From Vulcanimicrobiota bacterium (GTDB taxonomy: Bacteria > Vulcanimicrobiota > Vulcanimicrobiia > Vulcanimicrobiales > Vulcanimicrobiaceae), in assembly GCA_963723515.1 (NCBI GenBank), contig CAVRQT010000002.1, forward strand, positions 128,001 through 192,000: a DNA stretch of 64,000 bases. Reading direction: 5' to 3'. The first letter of the stretch is position 1. Each line of letters starts with the position of its first letter. Position numbers and translations under genes: made by a program. The notes under the pieces are model-generated. The model made no database searches. It saw only the letters and a program-made list of their open reading frames with translations, and was not told the DNA's origin. Positions 41,795 to 53,106 of this stretch are shown one piece after another.

Positions 41795-42999
41795 TCTGCC
41801 AGAATCTCGCCGAGAGAACCGCAGAAACCCTCAATTTCTTTTTCATCACTCGAGAGCGGTGGAACGAACTGAATGACATCGCCGATTGGCCGCGTGAAGT
41901 AGCCGCGTTCAAAGAGTCGGTCGGCAACGATCCACGCCGCTCTCCGAGGATCCGCGCCTGTAAACCGCTCCGCCTCCAGCTCGATTCCGCACATCAAACC
42001 CTCACAGCGAACATCCCGTACGTTCGTCAGCCGCCTTAACGCGAGCAACTCGCGTTCAAGCGTCGCCGTCAACGCGGTCGTCCGTTGCAAAGAACGCTCG
42101 CGCTGGAGAATTCCGAGGTTGGCTAAGGCAGCGGCGCATGCGATCGGATTGCCGGCATACGAATGGCCGTGGAAGAGCTGCTTGTCTTCGCTACGCGCTC
42201 CAAGGAAGGCCCCATAGATTCGTTCGCTGGTCAGCGTCGCTGAGAGCGGCAAGGCGCCCCCCGTGACGCTCTTTCCCAGGCAGATGATGTCCGGCCGCAA
42301 CGCTAGTTTCTCGAAGGCGAACATCGTCCCGGTTCGTCCGAATCCGGTCGCGATTTCATCGACGATCAAGAGCGCAGAACGCCGGTTCAAGCAATCGTAA
42401 GTCTCTCGCGGGACGATCCGCATTCCGGCGGCGGCTTGCACGATCGGTTCGACGATAAATGCGGCGACGTCATCATCGCGATCGATTCCCTCGGTTAAAC
42501 AGCGCGTCTCAAATGTAATTGCGGAAAAGCGACGACTTAAAAATGGAGATGTCCGAGACGCTCATCGCCCCCGTCGTATCCCCGTGGTATGCATCGACGA
42601 GGTGCACGAAACGCGTGCGTTGCGGGTCGCCGCGCTCTTGCCAAAAATGTACGGCGATCTTTAAGGCCGCTTCGACCGCGCTTGCACCATCTGACGCAAA
42701 GAAGACATGCTGCAGACCGGTCAGCGCACTGAGCTGCTCCGCCAGTTCTTCCGCGCGCGGATGGGTGGCGCCAAGCAGCGTACTGTGATCCAGCGTGCGC
42801 GCCTGCGTGCCTATCGCGGTCGCAATTTCAGGATGACAGTGCCCGTGCAAAATGGTCCAAACCGAGGAGATCGCATCGAAAATCCGGCGGCCGTGCGCAT
42901 CGATCAGGTAGTTGCCTTCGCCGCGCACGAACGAGCGCGCAGCGGCGTCGAACTCCGCCATCTGCGTGAAAGGCAACCAAAGGTGAGAACGATTCTTTA
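41791..42999 (-). CDS. bioA: 7,8-diaminononanoate aminotransferase; frameshift near 42510, start unclear
   Basis: HLWLPFTQM, DGASAVEAALK, YHGDT, DEIATGFGRTG, HGHSYAGNP. Confidence 0.92.
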
Positions 43000-43024
43000 C
43001 TGTTAGAATTGAAGAAGAGGCGGC

Positions 43025-43537
43025 TTAAGCGCCGCCGCAGCCGTGCTCGGTATTGCTCCCGAGGTACGCGCGACGGCGTTGGTAATCGTAGACGCGAAAG
43101 ATATAGCCGCGCGCATCAGTATCAGGATTGCAAACCCACCGTTTTGCCTGCGCATCATACTGTGGTATCGGATAACTCATCAGGCAGACCTGAACCGGGT
43201 CGCCGGGCTTCTCGCTCATCATCAGCGCATTGTCCGCTTCATTCTGATAGTGAACGACAGACGGTGAAAACCCGTGCGGCGTGTTGATGAACTTATAACC
43301 GCGCGGGATCTTAAAACTGACCTCGACGCCGCTCGCAAAATCCGCTTTGGTCCATCTGTTGTCCGTACCGCCTGTTAAGCGCGGTGCGACTTCGGAGACC
43401 GGGCTCTTGTGCAAGGGACGCTTAGTCCGGTCCATGCGCCGCCCGCAACGGCGTAATCGTGGACCGGTTCATCTTGGGCCGCCGCTGCGGCGCGCGATCA
43501 GCCAGGAGCAGGAGCATCAGGAAGGCGCTAGCTTTCA
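43025..43537 (-). CDS. Cys-containing, probably secreted hypothetical protein ending HGCGGA; N-terminus disrupted by indels
   Basis: ORF 43025-43435 plus upstream out-of-frame leader-like sequence (FLMLLLLA...AAAAQDEP). Confidence 0.55.
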
Positions 43538-44061
43538 ACGCGCTCTTCGATCGAGACGTTATACAGGAATAAGAACTTGTGCCACTCGCCCGGGAAGGTG
43601 TTGCGCTTGATCTGAATCCACGGGATGTACTTGGGCTGCTTCGGCTTGCGCAACAGTGTCATGTTCGCATGCTCCGGCATGCGGTTGTTCTTGCGATTGT
43701 TGCAGTTCATGCAAGCGCAGGCGAGGTTCTCCCACGTCGAAGGGCCGCCTCGGCAACGCGGGATCACGTGATCGACCGTCATCAGCCGTTCCCCGCGCAT
43801 ACCGCAATACTGACAGGTGTAGTCGTCGCGCAACAGAATGTTCTTCTTAGTCAGCGCCACTTTTTGCATCGGCCGGCGGATATAGTACAGCATTCGAATG
43901 ATCGACGGCATCCGCATCTCAAAACTCGGCGAGCACAGCCGGCGATCATCGCGGCCATGAACGACTTCCGCTTTCCCGGCGAAGATCAACTTCACTGCGC
44001 GTTGAAAATTCGTAATGTTGAGCGCTTCGTAGGTGAAGTTGAGCACGAGGACTTCGCTCAC
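43528..44061 (-). CDS. HNH endonuclease
   Basis: VLVLNFTYE, RDDYTCQYCG, TVDHVIP...GG..WENL..AC..CN..K; GTG start. Confidence 0.92.
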   Translation of the reverse strand: MSEVLVLNFTYEALNITNFQRAVKLIFAGKAEVVHGRDDRRLCSPSFEMRMPSIIRMLYYIRRPMQKVALTKKNILLRDDYTCQYCGMRGERLMTVDHVIPRCRGGPSTWENLACACMNCNNRKNNRMPEHANMTLLRKPKQPKYIPWIQIKRNTFPGEWHKFLFLYNVSIEERVES

Positions 44062-44155
44062 TTTCGTCTCGGCCCCGCAACAAGACAACACCAGAGCGCG
44101 AGGGCGATGTAAAGCATGCCGCTCACTGGCGCCGCCTTCTTAGCGAAAGCGAGAC

Positions 44156-44448
44156 TCACAGGCCTCGCTTCTTGACGAACGTCATTCGCGATTCGGTTAG
44201 CATCTGCGTGATCGCCAACCGCTCTTGTGGCCTGAGTCTTTCTTTGACACGTTCGAAAGTGGCGCTCGCAACGTCGATCGCGATTTCGGCGGAAGCCAGA
44301 TCCGCCTTTTTCTCTTCGCTGTCAGATAAATAGGCGTGCGCCGCAAGGGAGAGCGTTGCGATCACTTCAGTCAATAACGGTTCAACGTCCGGAATCTGGC
44401 CTTGAAAACCGGCCGCTCAGCGTCATGTGGAGGCGCCTGCGAGCTCAT
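44156..44448 (-). CDS. Small helical hypothetical protein (DUF1844-like); frameshift near 44405
   Basis: ATG 44448 joins ORF 44156-44374 across a T run; DL..A..AID..., L.E.RM.FV pattern. Confidence 0.55.
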
Positions 44449-44459
44449 CGCGGCTGGAC

Positions 44460-45083
44460 TTACGCGGGGCGGGCGAGCTTCCCTATGGCGGCTGCGTCAC
44501 GCACGATATCGATGAAGTATCGGTGCAGACGCCGATCCGTCGTCAATTCCGGATGGAATGAGGACCCTAAGATGCGTCCTTGCCGCACGAGCACGCCGTG
44601 CCCCTCGACCGTTGCAAGAACGCGAACCTGCGGTCCACTCTCTTCGATCCACGGCGCGCGAATGAAGATCGCCGGAAACTGCGACGCTCCAAGTTCGGGA
44701 ATGTCGAGTTCGATTTCGCCGGATGCAATCTGACGGCCGAAGGCGTTGCGGCGTACCGAAACATCGAGCAGACCAAGCGTCGGCTGATCCGGAAGCTCGG
44801 CGATCGCGCGCGATACGACGATCAGCCCCATGCATGTTCCCCAAAGCGGCATTCCGCCGCCGACCCGATCTTTGATCGGCCTTGAAAGGTCCGTCCGTTG
44901 CAACAACTTGACAACCGTTGTCGACTCCCCGCCGGGAATGACAAGACCATGGACGCGCTCAAAGTCGGCGAGCGTCTTGACCGCGATCGCGTCTGCGCCG
45001 GCTTCATGTAATGCTGCAAGGTGTTCGCTGACGTCGCCCTGCAGCGCGAGAACGCCGACGCGAACGGGACGGATTTCTTTCAC
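44460..45083 (-). CDS. pdxT: PLP synthase glutaminase subunit
   Basis: [35 protein letters not shown]. Confidence 0.96.
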   Translation of the reverse strand: MKEIRPVRVGVLALQGDVSEHLAALHEAGADAIAVKTLADFERVHGLVIPGGESTTVVKLLQRTDLSRPIKDRVGGGMPLWGTCMGLIVVSRAIAELPDQPTLGLLDVSVRRNAFGRQIASGEIELDIPELGASQFPAIFIRAPWIEESGPQVRVLATVEGHGVLVRQGRILGSSFHPELTTDRRLHRYFIDIVRDAAAIGKLARPA

Positions 45084-45978
45084 TTAATTGCCGCGCGGCG
45101 CGAGCAATTCGGACGGCGGCAGCTTGCGAATGTCGATGCCTTCCATCGCCGTTCCGCGAGAGCGATTTCGATGCCGCAACGATCACCTTTGGATCTTCGA
45201 ACTGCGTTGTCGCGTCCACGATCGCTTTCGCGAATGCGCGCGGATTGCTGGACTTAAAGATTCCGCTGCCGACGAAGATGCCTTCCGCGCCAAGCTGCAT
45301 CATCAGCGCCGCATCCGCCGGCGTTGAAACACCGCCCGCGCAAAAGAGCACCACCGGCAATTTGCCGAGTTCGGCAACCTCTTCAACCAATTCAAGCGGC
45401 GCCCCGAGCGCGCGCGCGCGCGTCACCAGTTCCTCTTTCGGAACGATGCTCAGCTCCGCGATGCCATCCTTGATTGACCGCATGTGCCGAACCGCTTCGA
45501 CGATGTTGCCGCTGCCGGCTTCACCCTTGCTGCGGATCATCGAAGCACCTTCAGCGATGCGGCGCAGCGCTTCTCCTAAATTGCGCGCTCCGCAGACGAA
45601 CGGCACTTTGAAATCGTGCTTGCGCACGTGGTACTTATCGTCAGCCGGCGTCAGAACTTCCGATTCGTCGATGAAATCGACGCCGAGTTCTTGCAGGGCC
45701 TGCGCCTCCGCGAAGTGGCCGATGCGCACTTTCGCCATGACGGGAATCGTCACGGCATCCATGATGCGCTGAACGAGTTCGAGATCGCTCATGCGTGCGA
45801 CGCCACCCGCCGCTCGTATGTCGGCGGGAATGCGCTCGAGCGCCATTACCGCGACCGCGCCGGCCTCTTGCGCGATGACCGCGTGTTCCGGCGTGACGAC
45901 GTCCATAATGACGCCGCCTTTGAGCATTTGAGCGAGGCCGCGCTTTACGGTGAGCGTGCCGGTCTTAATTTCTCCCAT
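45084..45978 (-). CDS. pdxS: PLP synthase lyase subunit; frameshift near the 3' end
   Basis: [40 protein letters not shown]. Confidence 0.96.
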
Positions 45979-46021
45979 ACTTATCTATTCAACACCGCCG
46001 ACTGAAAAGACGTTGTGAGCG

Positions 46022-46507
46022 TTACGGAGGGGGCGGCTGGGGGCCAATCGGCGCCGAGGGCTGCGCGGAAGCGCGCGGCGATCCGCTGGCGCCCGGGCTG
46101 CCGCTCGGGCTCGGGCTCGGTGAAGCGCGCGGCGTCGGTACCGGCGCGGGCGTGAGGATCGGCATCGGAGTCGGCGTCGGCGTTGCCGTTCTCACCGGCT
46201 GAGGCGTCGGTTTCGGCGTCGGCTCAGGTGTTGGCAGAGGGACCGGCGGAACGCGCGGATCGGGGAAACCAGGATCCGGAGCCGCGGCGAGCACTTGCGT
46301 TCGCTTCCAGTTTGGCCCGAACGGCACAGCACCCGATGCGGCGGGCGCAGGCGTGATCAATAAGGTATTGCCGGCGCCGGTGAGACCTTGCTCTGTAACG
46401 CGCAACATGACGCGATCGCCCATCGCCTTACCGACAAAAATGGCGATGATCAATAGCGCCGCTCCGGCCAAAAGAACGACGGTCAGGCGCCGTCTTTGCG
46501 GATCCAC
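46022..46507 (-). CDS. Membrane-anchored Pro/Thr/Ser-rich protein
   Basis: One N-terminal TM helix; PTP/SPSP low-complexity tail. Confidence 0.7.
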   Translation of the reverse strand: MDPQRRRLTVVLLAGAALLIIAIFVGKAMGDRVMLRVTEQGLTGAGNTLLITPAPAASGAVPFGPNWKRTQVLAAAPDPGFPDPRVPPVPLPTPEPTPKPTPQPVRTATPTPTPMPILTPAPVPTPRASPSPSPSGSPGASGSPRASAQPSAPIGPQPPPP

Positions 46508-46520
46508 GTTCTACGAACTT

Positions 46521-48962
46521 CTAGACGCGCGCCATTTCGGCTTGCGTGTCGCGTGGCGCGGCCATTGCTTCTTCATCGTGCGGCTCCCCGATTAGTGCTA
46601 ACTGAACGAGCTCACCTGCCACCAATCGTGCGCGCTGTGTGATGCCGCGAAACTCAACGGTGACATTTCGCGGCCGATCCTTCAGATTGCAAAGAAAGAC
46701 GCGCACGCTACCGTCGTTTCCCTGAAACGCAACGGCTCCGACATCGACCGGTGATGTAACCGCTTCATCACTAACATCGGTTCCCGCGTAGATGCATCGA
46801 AACGGCTCTTCAGCCGATAGCTCCGGCATATTTCCAAAAATGACGCTGCGTTCAAGATCGATGACATAGGTGCAACGCCGGCCGCCCCACCGCACCCGCA
46901 CTCCCGCCACCCATTTCCATTCTTTCGGTACGATCGGGGCGAGATGCGGGCGGCCCGTCGTTCGGTAGCCGTCGAGCCCCCCGACGGTCTCGGCGACGAC
47001 CCACAAATATTTTGCGCTCGTCCAAGGCGAGAGGTACATGCCGCGATTTGTCAGCGATCCACCGTCGAACCACTCGGCGAACTCGCCCGGAACCGTATTG
47101 CGCGGCGAACCCGCCTCCATCGCTTCATAAACGCTTTCCAACCACTGGATGGCGTGATCCGTCATTCCGTTGCGCGCCAAAACGAAAGCGAACCACAGCG
47201 TCAGATCGGGCCAAATGCCGCCGAGCAGACCGAATCCATGCGATGGGAAATACCAGGAGTCCGCCGTGGAAATCGTTCGCAAGCCGACCTGCGTTACAAA
47301 ATCCGTCTCACTCAAACGCCGCAGTATCGCCCGCCGCTGCTCGGCGCTGGCGATATCGAACATGACCGGGAAGACTTCATCCGCAGTAAAGTTGTCCTGG
47401 TAGTTTTGGTCTTGATCGTAATTAAGGACAAATGCGCCAGTATCGTCGTTAAAGAGATACTGCATCATACGCTCGCGCAGCGTCTGCGCTTCGCGCGAGT
47501 AGCGTTCCCAGTGCTCGTTCGATCCGGCAACTGCGGCCAGCATCGCTGCCGCTTGCAGCGCAAAGACCGCTTCCGCGTTGATCTCCGTTACGGCGCCGTC
47601 CAGCGTGTAGTACGGAATAATGTTACGCCACGAGCTGATTCCGAACATATCGACGCCGCTCGCGCGGCAGAAGACCAATCCGTTCTGATCGCGTTGCGAA
47701 AGCAGATAGTCCGCCGTCTTTATGACAAAGGACAGGTTCTTCTTCACCCATTCGTCGTCCAGCGTCGCGTTGTAGTGGTGCAGCATCGCGATCAAATGCA
47801 GCGGCGTATCGTCATTGATGTTCAGATCGTACGAGGTTTTGAATCCGCTGACGCCGCGCACGTACTCGACCATTTGGCCGCTCTCTTCTGCGAAGCGGTT
47901 GAAGAGCTCAAGCGCATCACGGCTAAATCGCGGCAAGAAGTAATCGAATCCGTGAACGAACCACGACGTGTCGCGCGAGACGAGGATGTCGGACGGCGGC
48001 GAATTCGTCGCGCCGTACCCTTGCGGATACTCTTTGATCGTCCGCAGCATGTTGCATTTCGCCCAGACGACGCCGCGGCTGATCGTTGGTGACGGCGTCA
48101 TGAACCGCGCGTCAGCGAGCGTCTGTCCAAAGTAACGCTGCGTTTCGTGGAGCGCCTTTGGATCTCGCAAGAGCCGCTCGAGCGCCGCTTTGACGCCTTC
48201 GGACTCCCCTTTGCGAAAGACCACCGCGAGCCGCAGCGACTCACGCGCTCCCGGGCCGACGGTGATGCGATGCTCGAACGCACCGAAGATGCGCCGGCTC
48301 ACGCACTCGGCGAGCGAAGGCGAAACCTCTTCTAAGTGTTCTTGCGGCCGAAGCGAGCCGCGAGCCATGTTGTGCAGCAAGACTTGCTCTCGCAGCGCAA
48401 CGACAGCCGCATGCGGTTCGCGGGACGCTCCCCACCAGCGCACGGCACCGGTTTCTTCGTTGTGCGAGCAGATGAACGGACCGTTGACGGTCGCGCGTAC
48501 TTGATGTTCGGGTTCGCCGTAAAACCGTTGTCCAACGAGCAACGCCCACGCAAAGACGCCGACTTCGAGCGGCTCACGTCCGGGATTGTAAAGCGTCACG
48601 TCGACGACGAAGCTAACGGTGCGCTCATGTTGCGCGCCGCTGGGAACATAGAAGGCTTCGGTTATGTGCAGACGGTTCGCAAGCGTGAACTCAGAGATTT
48701 GCGCATACGGCAAAAACGTGAATTCACGGGAGATCTGATGCGGAAAAAACGTTTGCGATGGATCGCGCAGATGGTACGCGATCTGATGCGTCCCAAAGAT
48801 GATCTGGTCCGTATCCGCGTCCCAGAGCCCGCGAACGCCGCCTTTGGCCGTCGATTGCGCGAATGCTTTGAGATTACCGAGCAGCAGGCCGTAGGGTGTT
48901 TGCGCCTCCGGAAGGACGTACGCGCAGTACTCGTTGTGCTGCGCATCGTAACTGGGGCCCAT
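46521..48962 (-). CDS. (alpha/alpha)6 glycoside hydrolase (amylo-alpha-1,6-glucosidase-like)
   Basis: SRDTSW, DDTPL, EINA, GLRT, GGIWP, EWFDG pattern of GDE/GH63-like enzymes. Confidence 0.75.
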   Translation of the reverse strand: MGPSYDAQHNEYCAYVLPEAQTPYGLLLGNLKAFAQSTAKGGVRGLWDADTDQIIFGTHQIAYHLRDPSQTFFPHQISREFTFLPYAQISEFTLANRLHITEAFYVPSGAQHERTVSFVVDVTLYNPGREPLEVGVFAWALLVGQRFYGEPEHQVRATVNGPFICSHNEETGAVRWWGASREPHAAVVALREQVLLHNMARGSLRPQEHLEEVSPSLAECVSRRIFGAFEHRITVGPGARESLRLAVVFRKGESEGVKAALERLLRDPKALHETQRYFGQTLADARFMTPSPTISRGVVWAKCNMLRTIKEYPQGYGATNSPPSDILVSRDTSWFVHGFDYFLPRFSRDALELFNRFAEESGQMVEYVRGVSGFKTSYDLNINDDTPLHLIAMLHHYNATLDDEWVKKNLSFVIKTADYLLSQRDQNGLVFCRASGVDMFGISSWRNIIPYYTLDGAVTEINAEAVFALQAAAMLAAVAGSNEHWERYSREAQTLRERMMQYLFNDDTGAFVLNYDQDQNYQDNFTADEVFPVMFDIASAEQRRAILRRLSETDFVTQVGLRTISTADSWYFPSHGFGLLGGIWPDLTLWFAFVLARNGMTDHAIQWLESVYEAMEAGSPRNTVPGEFAEWFDGGSLTNRGMYLSPWTSAKYLWVVAETVGGLDGYRTTGRPHLAPIVPKEWKWVAGVRVRWGGRRCTYVIDLERSVIFGNMPELSAEEPFRCIYAGTDVSDEAVTSPVDVGAVAFQGNDGSVRVFLCNLKDRPRNVTVEFRGITQRARLVAGELVQLALIGEPHDEEAMAAPRDTQAEMARV

Positions 48963-49050
48963 TTTGCGGTGGACTACGCTTCAGGTGTCGCCGAACCTGT
49001 CGCGCTTTGCTGAAGATGATTTGCATGTCAGACTGCAGGACTAAGCGAGC

Positions 49051-49836
49051 GTGCCCGTCTTACTCGCGCCCGCGAAGATCAATCTGACGCTCGAGGTTCT
49101 TGGCCGCCGTCCGGATGGCTACCACCGCTTGCGCAGCGTCGCGGTACCGATCGCACTCTACGATGAAATACATATCGACGAAGAGGCGGGCGGCTTGCAG
49201 TTCAGCTCGGACCACGCCGCTATCGATCCGCAAGATAACTTAATCGTCAAAGCGCTCGCGGCTCTGGAGCTCGCGCGATACGAGTTGCGAGTTTTTCTGA
49301 AGAAGCGAATTCCGATCGGAGCGGGACTTGGCGGCGGATCGAGCGATGCCGCGGCTGTCTTGCTGGCGGCGCGCAATGGCGTCTTTGGAGATGTGGGCGC
49401 GAGAGACTATGTCTCAATTGCGCGAAGGCTTGGCTCAGACGTCCCATTTTTTCTCGCGCAAACAGCCGCGATCGTGGAGGGAACGGGTGAGCGCGTAACG
49501 CCGCTCGGGGCCCTGCCACAGTGGAGCTGCACCGTCGTGCGGCCACCGATCACAATCTCTACCGCGACGGCATACGGCGAATTGCAGCTCGCGCAAGATT
49601 CTCGACCGCGAGATGCATCGGCCACGATCGAACTTGGAGAAGCGCTGCAGCGCGGCGATCTGACGCGGGTTCGCGCGTTGGCGCAAAATGACTTTGAGGC
49701 GTGGGCCGTTGGCAAATTTCCGGAAGTACGAACGGCACTGAAGGCCTTAGCCGAGTGGAGCGGTTTTGCGCGATTGACCGGTTCCGGCTCAGCGGTTTAC
49801 ACGATTTATGACGACGCGCCGGCGGCGATCGCTTGA
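49051..49836 (+). CDS. ispE: CDP-ME kinase
   Basis: APAKINLTL, GYH, KRIPIGAGLGGGSSDAA, GSDVPFF, LTGSGS. Confidence 0.95.
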   Translation: MPVLLAPAKINLTLEVLGRRPDGYHRLRSVAVPIALYDEIHIDEEAGGLQFSSDHAAIDPQDNLIVKALAALELARYELRVFLKKRIPIGAGLGGGSSDAAAVLLAARNGVFGDVGARDYVSIARRLGSDVPFFLAQTAAIVEGTGERVTPLGALPQWSCTVVRPPITISTATAYGELQLAQDSRPRDASATIELGEALQRGDLTRVRALAQNDFEAWAVGKFPEVRTALKALAEWSGFARLTGSGSAVYTIYDDAPAAIA

Positions 49837-49923
49837 TCTTCCGGCCGGGTTCGAGCGATTCGATGCCGGCTTTGTCAGCACGCGAGGTTTGGAGAACACA
49901 AAGCGCATGAAAGGCGGTGCTCG

Positions 49924-50402
49924 ATGTATCTGGCTCTGAAGTTCATCCATGTCTTAGCCGTCATCATCTTCGTCGGCAACATTTCGGTCGGCATCTTGTG
50001 GCGGACCATCGGCGAGCGCACTCGCGATCCGCGGATCATCGCCCATACGATGAAAGGCATTCTCTTGGCGGACAAGTTCTTTACGATTCCGGCGGTTATC
50101 GTACTGTTGCTTGCCGGCTTTGGCGACTGCCGGCGTCGGACATTTGCCGATCTTGGGAACCGGATGGATTCTCTGGAGCTCGATGCTTGTTTGTTCTCTC
50201 CGGCATTTTCTTCGGGCCGGTCGTTCGCTCGCAACGGCAGATGTTAGCCGTTGCTCAAGCCGCGCAGACAAGCGGCGTCATGAATTGGGATGACTACGCG
50301 CGCTGCGCCCGCACTTGGACGATCGCGGGAACGATTGCGCTCGTCGCACCGCTGATCGCGGTCGCATTCATGGTGATCAAACCATCGCTGCCGGCGTTCT
50401 AG
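49924..50402 (+). CDS. DUF2269-like integral membrane protein; frameshifted
   Basis: MYLALKFIHVLAVIIFVG N-terminus and FMVIKP C-terminus. Confidence 0.75.
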
Positions 50403-50424
50403 CGACCTCAGAAATACGCGCATA

Positions 50425-51190
50425 TTGTCCTTAACCACCGTCGTTCTGGCCGGTGGGCCGCGAGATGAAGTGGCGCAACTTCAGCCCGGTGCGATCAATA
50501 AGGCGTTCGTTGAAGTTGGCGGCAAAGCGCTCGTGACGCCGAACGCTTGAAGCGCTGCGTCAATCTCCATCGGTCGGTAAGTTAATCGTCGTTGCGCCCC
50601 AGCAAATGAGCGAATCGGCGGCGCTTGCGCTTGCGGATGAGATCCGACCGGCCGGCATTCATATCCGCGACAGCTTGGCGAGCGGGCTCGGCGGATTGCC
50701 GCCGGATGAATTGGTTTTATTAAGCGCTTCCGATTTGCCGATGCTTTCGGTAAAGTGCATTGAAGACTTCAGTTCGGGAGCACAACGTAGTGATGCCGAT
50801 TTGGCGTATGCCGTACTCGAGCGCAACATTCACGAGTCGCGCTTTCCCGAGGTGCCGCACACTTGGGCACGCATGCGCGAAGGAACATTTTGCGGAGGCG
50901 GTTTTGTTATGCTCCGGCCGCGCATCTATCCAAGGCTCGCACGCTTCATCGAACGCTTAGGCGCGGCACGCAAGAATCCAATGCACTTGGCATTGCTTTT
51001 TGGACCGGCCGTCCTGCTGAAATTTGCGTTGCGGCGGCTCAGCATTGCCGAAGCCGAGGCGCGTGCTTCCCGCGTTCTGGGCGCAAAAGTGCGCGCGATT
51101 CAATCTTCATTTCCGGAGATGGCAGTCAACGTCGACCGCGCCAGCGACTTCGGGCTAGCCGAACGTCTTCTTAAGAATCTGTCATCCTGA
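50425..51190 (+). CDS. Nucleotidyltransferase-family (MobA-like) protein; frameshift near 50540
   Basis: VVLAGG...NKAF N-terminus, SDLP, VNVD. Confidence 0.75.
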
Positions 51191-51754
51191 GCTCGGCCCG
51201 CTCCAGCGTTTAGAGAGACGGTGCTCGATCCCGAGCAGATCGAGTGCCTTGCCGACAGTTTGCTGGACGATGTCTTCGATTGTCTTCGGTTTTGTATACA
51301 TCGCCGGAACGAGCGGAAGAATAGTGGCCCCGGTCTCCGCGAGCTGAACCAGCGTGCGAAGATGGCCCAGGTGGAGCGGCGTCTCACGTATTCCCAGCAC
51401 GAGTCTCCGCTTCTCTTTCAAACACACATCTGCGGCGCGCACGAGCAGGTTAGTATTGAAAGCGTGGGCGATCGCCGATGCGCTCTTGGTCGAACAGGGC
51501 ATAACGGCCATGCCGTCGGTCATGAACGAGCCGCTCGAAATAGGCGCGGCAAGGTCGCCGTCGTCGTGAACGGCATTGGCCAGCGTTTCGAAATCTTGCC
51601 GGACAAAATCGGTCTCGAGTTCGATCGTGCGCATCGCTGAGGAACTGAGCACGAGATGTGTCTCCACCTCGCGAATCTCGTGCAAAGCACGCAGCAGCGT
51701 GTATCCATAGATGCTTCCGCTCGCGCCGGTGATTCCGACGATGACGCGCCGCAT
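51182..51754 (-). CDS. ubiX: Flavin prenyltransferase
   Basis: VGITGASG, ISSGS, PCS, RAADVCLKEKR, RETP. Confidence 0.95.
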   Translation of the reverse strand: MRRVIVGITGASGSIYGYTLLRALHEIREVETHLVLSSSAMRTIELETDFVRQDFETLANAVHDDGDLAAPISSGSFMTDGMAVMPCSTKSASAIAHAFNTNLLVRAADVCLKEKRRLVLGIRETPLHLGHLRTLVQLAETGATILPLVPAMYTKPKTIEDIVQQTVGKALDLLGIEHRLSKRWSGPSSG

Positions 51755-51830
51755 GCAAATCGCGTTTAGCATCGGCTGCGCGCTTTCACCTGCAGGGCCG
51801 GCGCGCAGATTATCTTAAGAAAGGAGCAGC

Positions 51831-53106
51831 GTGGTCGGGGCATCCTCAGAGCTGCAAGCGTTTGTTGAGGCGGCGCGGGCGTATCGCACGACCGGCTCCG
51901 ACATCGCGGCGCAGCGGATGTTTCGCTCGGTGTTCTCCGGCGTCGCAAACGACGTTTCCGCAGCGCTTCTTACCGTTCAAACGCCCAACGAAAAGTTCCA
52001 AGACCTTCTTGCAAGCACGCGCGTCGTCTTGGATGCAAGCGATCGTGAAGCGGTAACCAAGTTCGCCCAGCGCTTATCGGCACTACGCGCGGAATCGGAC
52101 GCCGATGCAGTGAGACGCATCTTTGAGCTGCCGGAATACGGCCCGAGCAGCGCGTCATCGGAAGAGACGACGCAAGCCCTGCACGTGCCGGCCGCTGCGA
52201 CGCCCTGAGCCGGCCTTACCGATCACCACTGTGCCGTCGCACTTCAGCGCCTCATCGCTGAACATGCTCGCCGAATGCCGGCGCAAGTGGTTCTATCGCT
52301 ACCTTTGCGGCGCGATCGAGGACGAAGGCTCCTCCGCTTCCTTTTACGGCATCATCTTCCACAATGCGCTCGAAGCGCTGCACAAAGAATTCCCACGCCC
52401 TGCCGACGTCTCGCCGCAAACGCTGCGCAGTAAACTGCAGGGTTATTTGAATTCGGCGTTCGACCGGCATCGCGGCCATTTCGAAACGCAAATCGAATTT
52501 GAACTGCAGCGGCGGCGCGCGCAACGAACCGCAATCCGGTACGTGGAGTGGCTAACCGCCCAGGCAGCGGCGGCGCCATTCAGCGTCATCGGCTGCGAAC
52601 TCGAAGTGAAGCTCGACCTCGACGGCTTCTCGTTCATCGGTTACATCGATCGGCTCGATAAAGACGACCGGACCGCGGGCATCAGCGTGATCGACTACAA
52701 GACCGGCACGATTGTTGCCTCCGCTGAGGATTATCGCGATCGCGTCCGGCGTTTCAAAGACTTTCAGTTGCCCTTTTATTATTGGGCGCGAACGGCGGTT
52801 GGCGATCGCGTTACGCGCTTGGCACTGATTCCGCTTAAGGATGCGCTCGACGACGTCGCGCCGGTGACCCTGGAAGTTGTGCCGCTCTCACTCGATGCAA
52901 CGCGCTCGCAAAGCACCTTCGGGCGAATCTCGATCGAGGAGCTCGAGCGGGCACGAACGCGCATGGTGGAGATGTGCCGCGAAGTGAGCGCCGGTTTCCT
53001 GGAGCGCTTCGATGAAACCACAGACGCCGCGGCATGCCGCTACTGCGCGTATGAGATCGCGTGCGCGGGCCGGCCCTACCCGCTCGAAAATCACTTCGCG
53101 CGATGA
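51831..53106 (+). CDS. PD-(D/E)XK nuclease with 4-Cys motif (AddB/Cas4-like); frameshift near 52200
   Basis: FSASSL...CRRK, G..FH..LE, GYIDRLD, IDYKTG, QL..Y, CRYCAYEIAC. Confidence 0.8.

Noticed and set aside
43528..44061. HNH as a mobile or RNA-guided nuclease
   Set aside because: Ordinary short standalone HNH with no RuvC, no element ends and no room for an associated RNA
52230..53106. Cas4 or a defence nuclease
   Set aside because: The Fe-S PD-(D/E)XK fold is shared with AddB; the context is a UvrD-like gene and repair genes, with no cas1 or cas2
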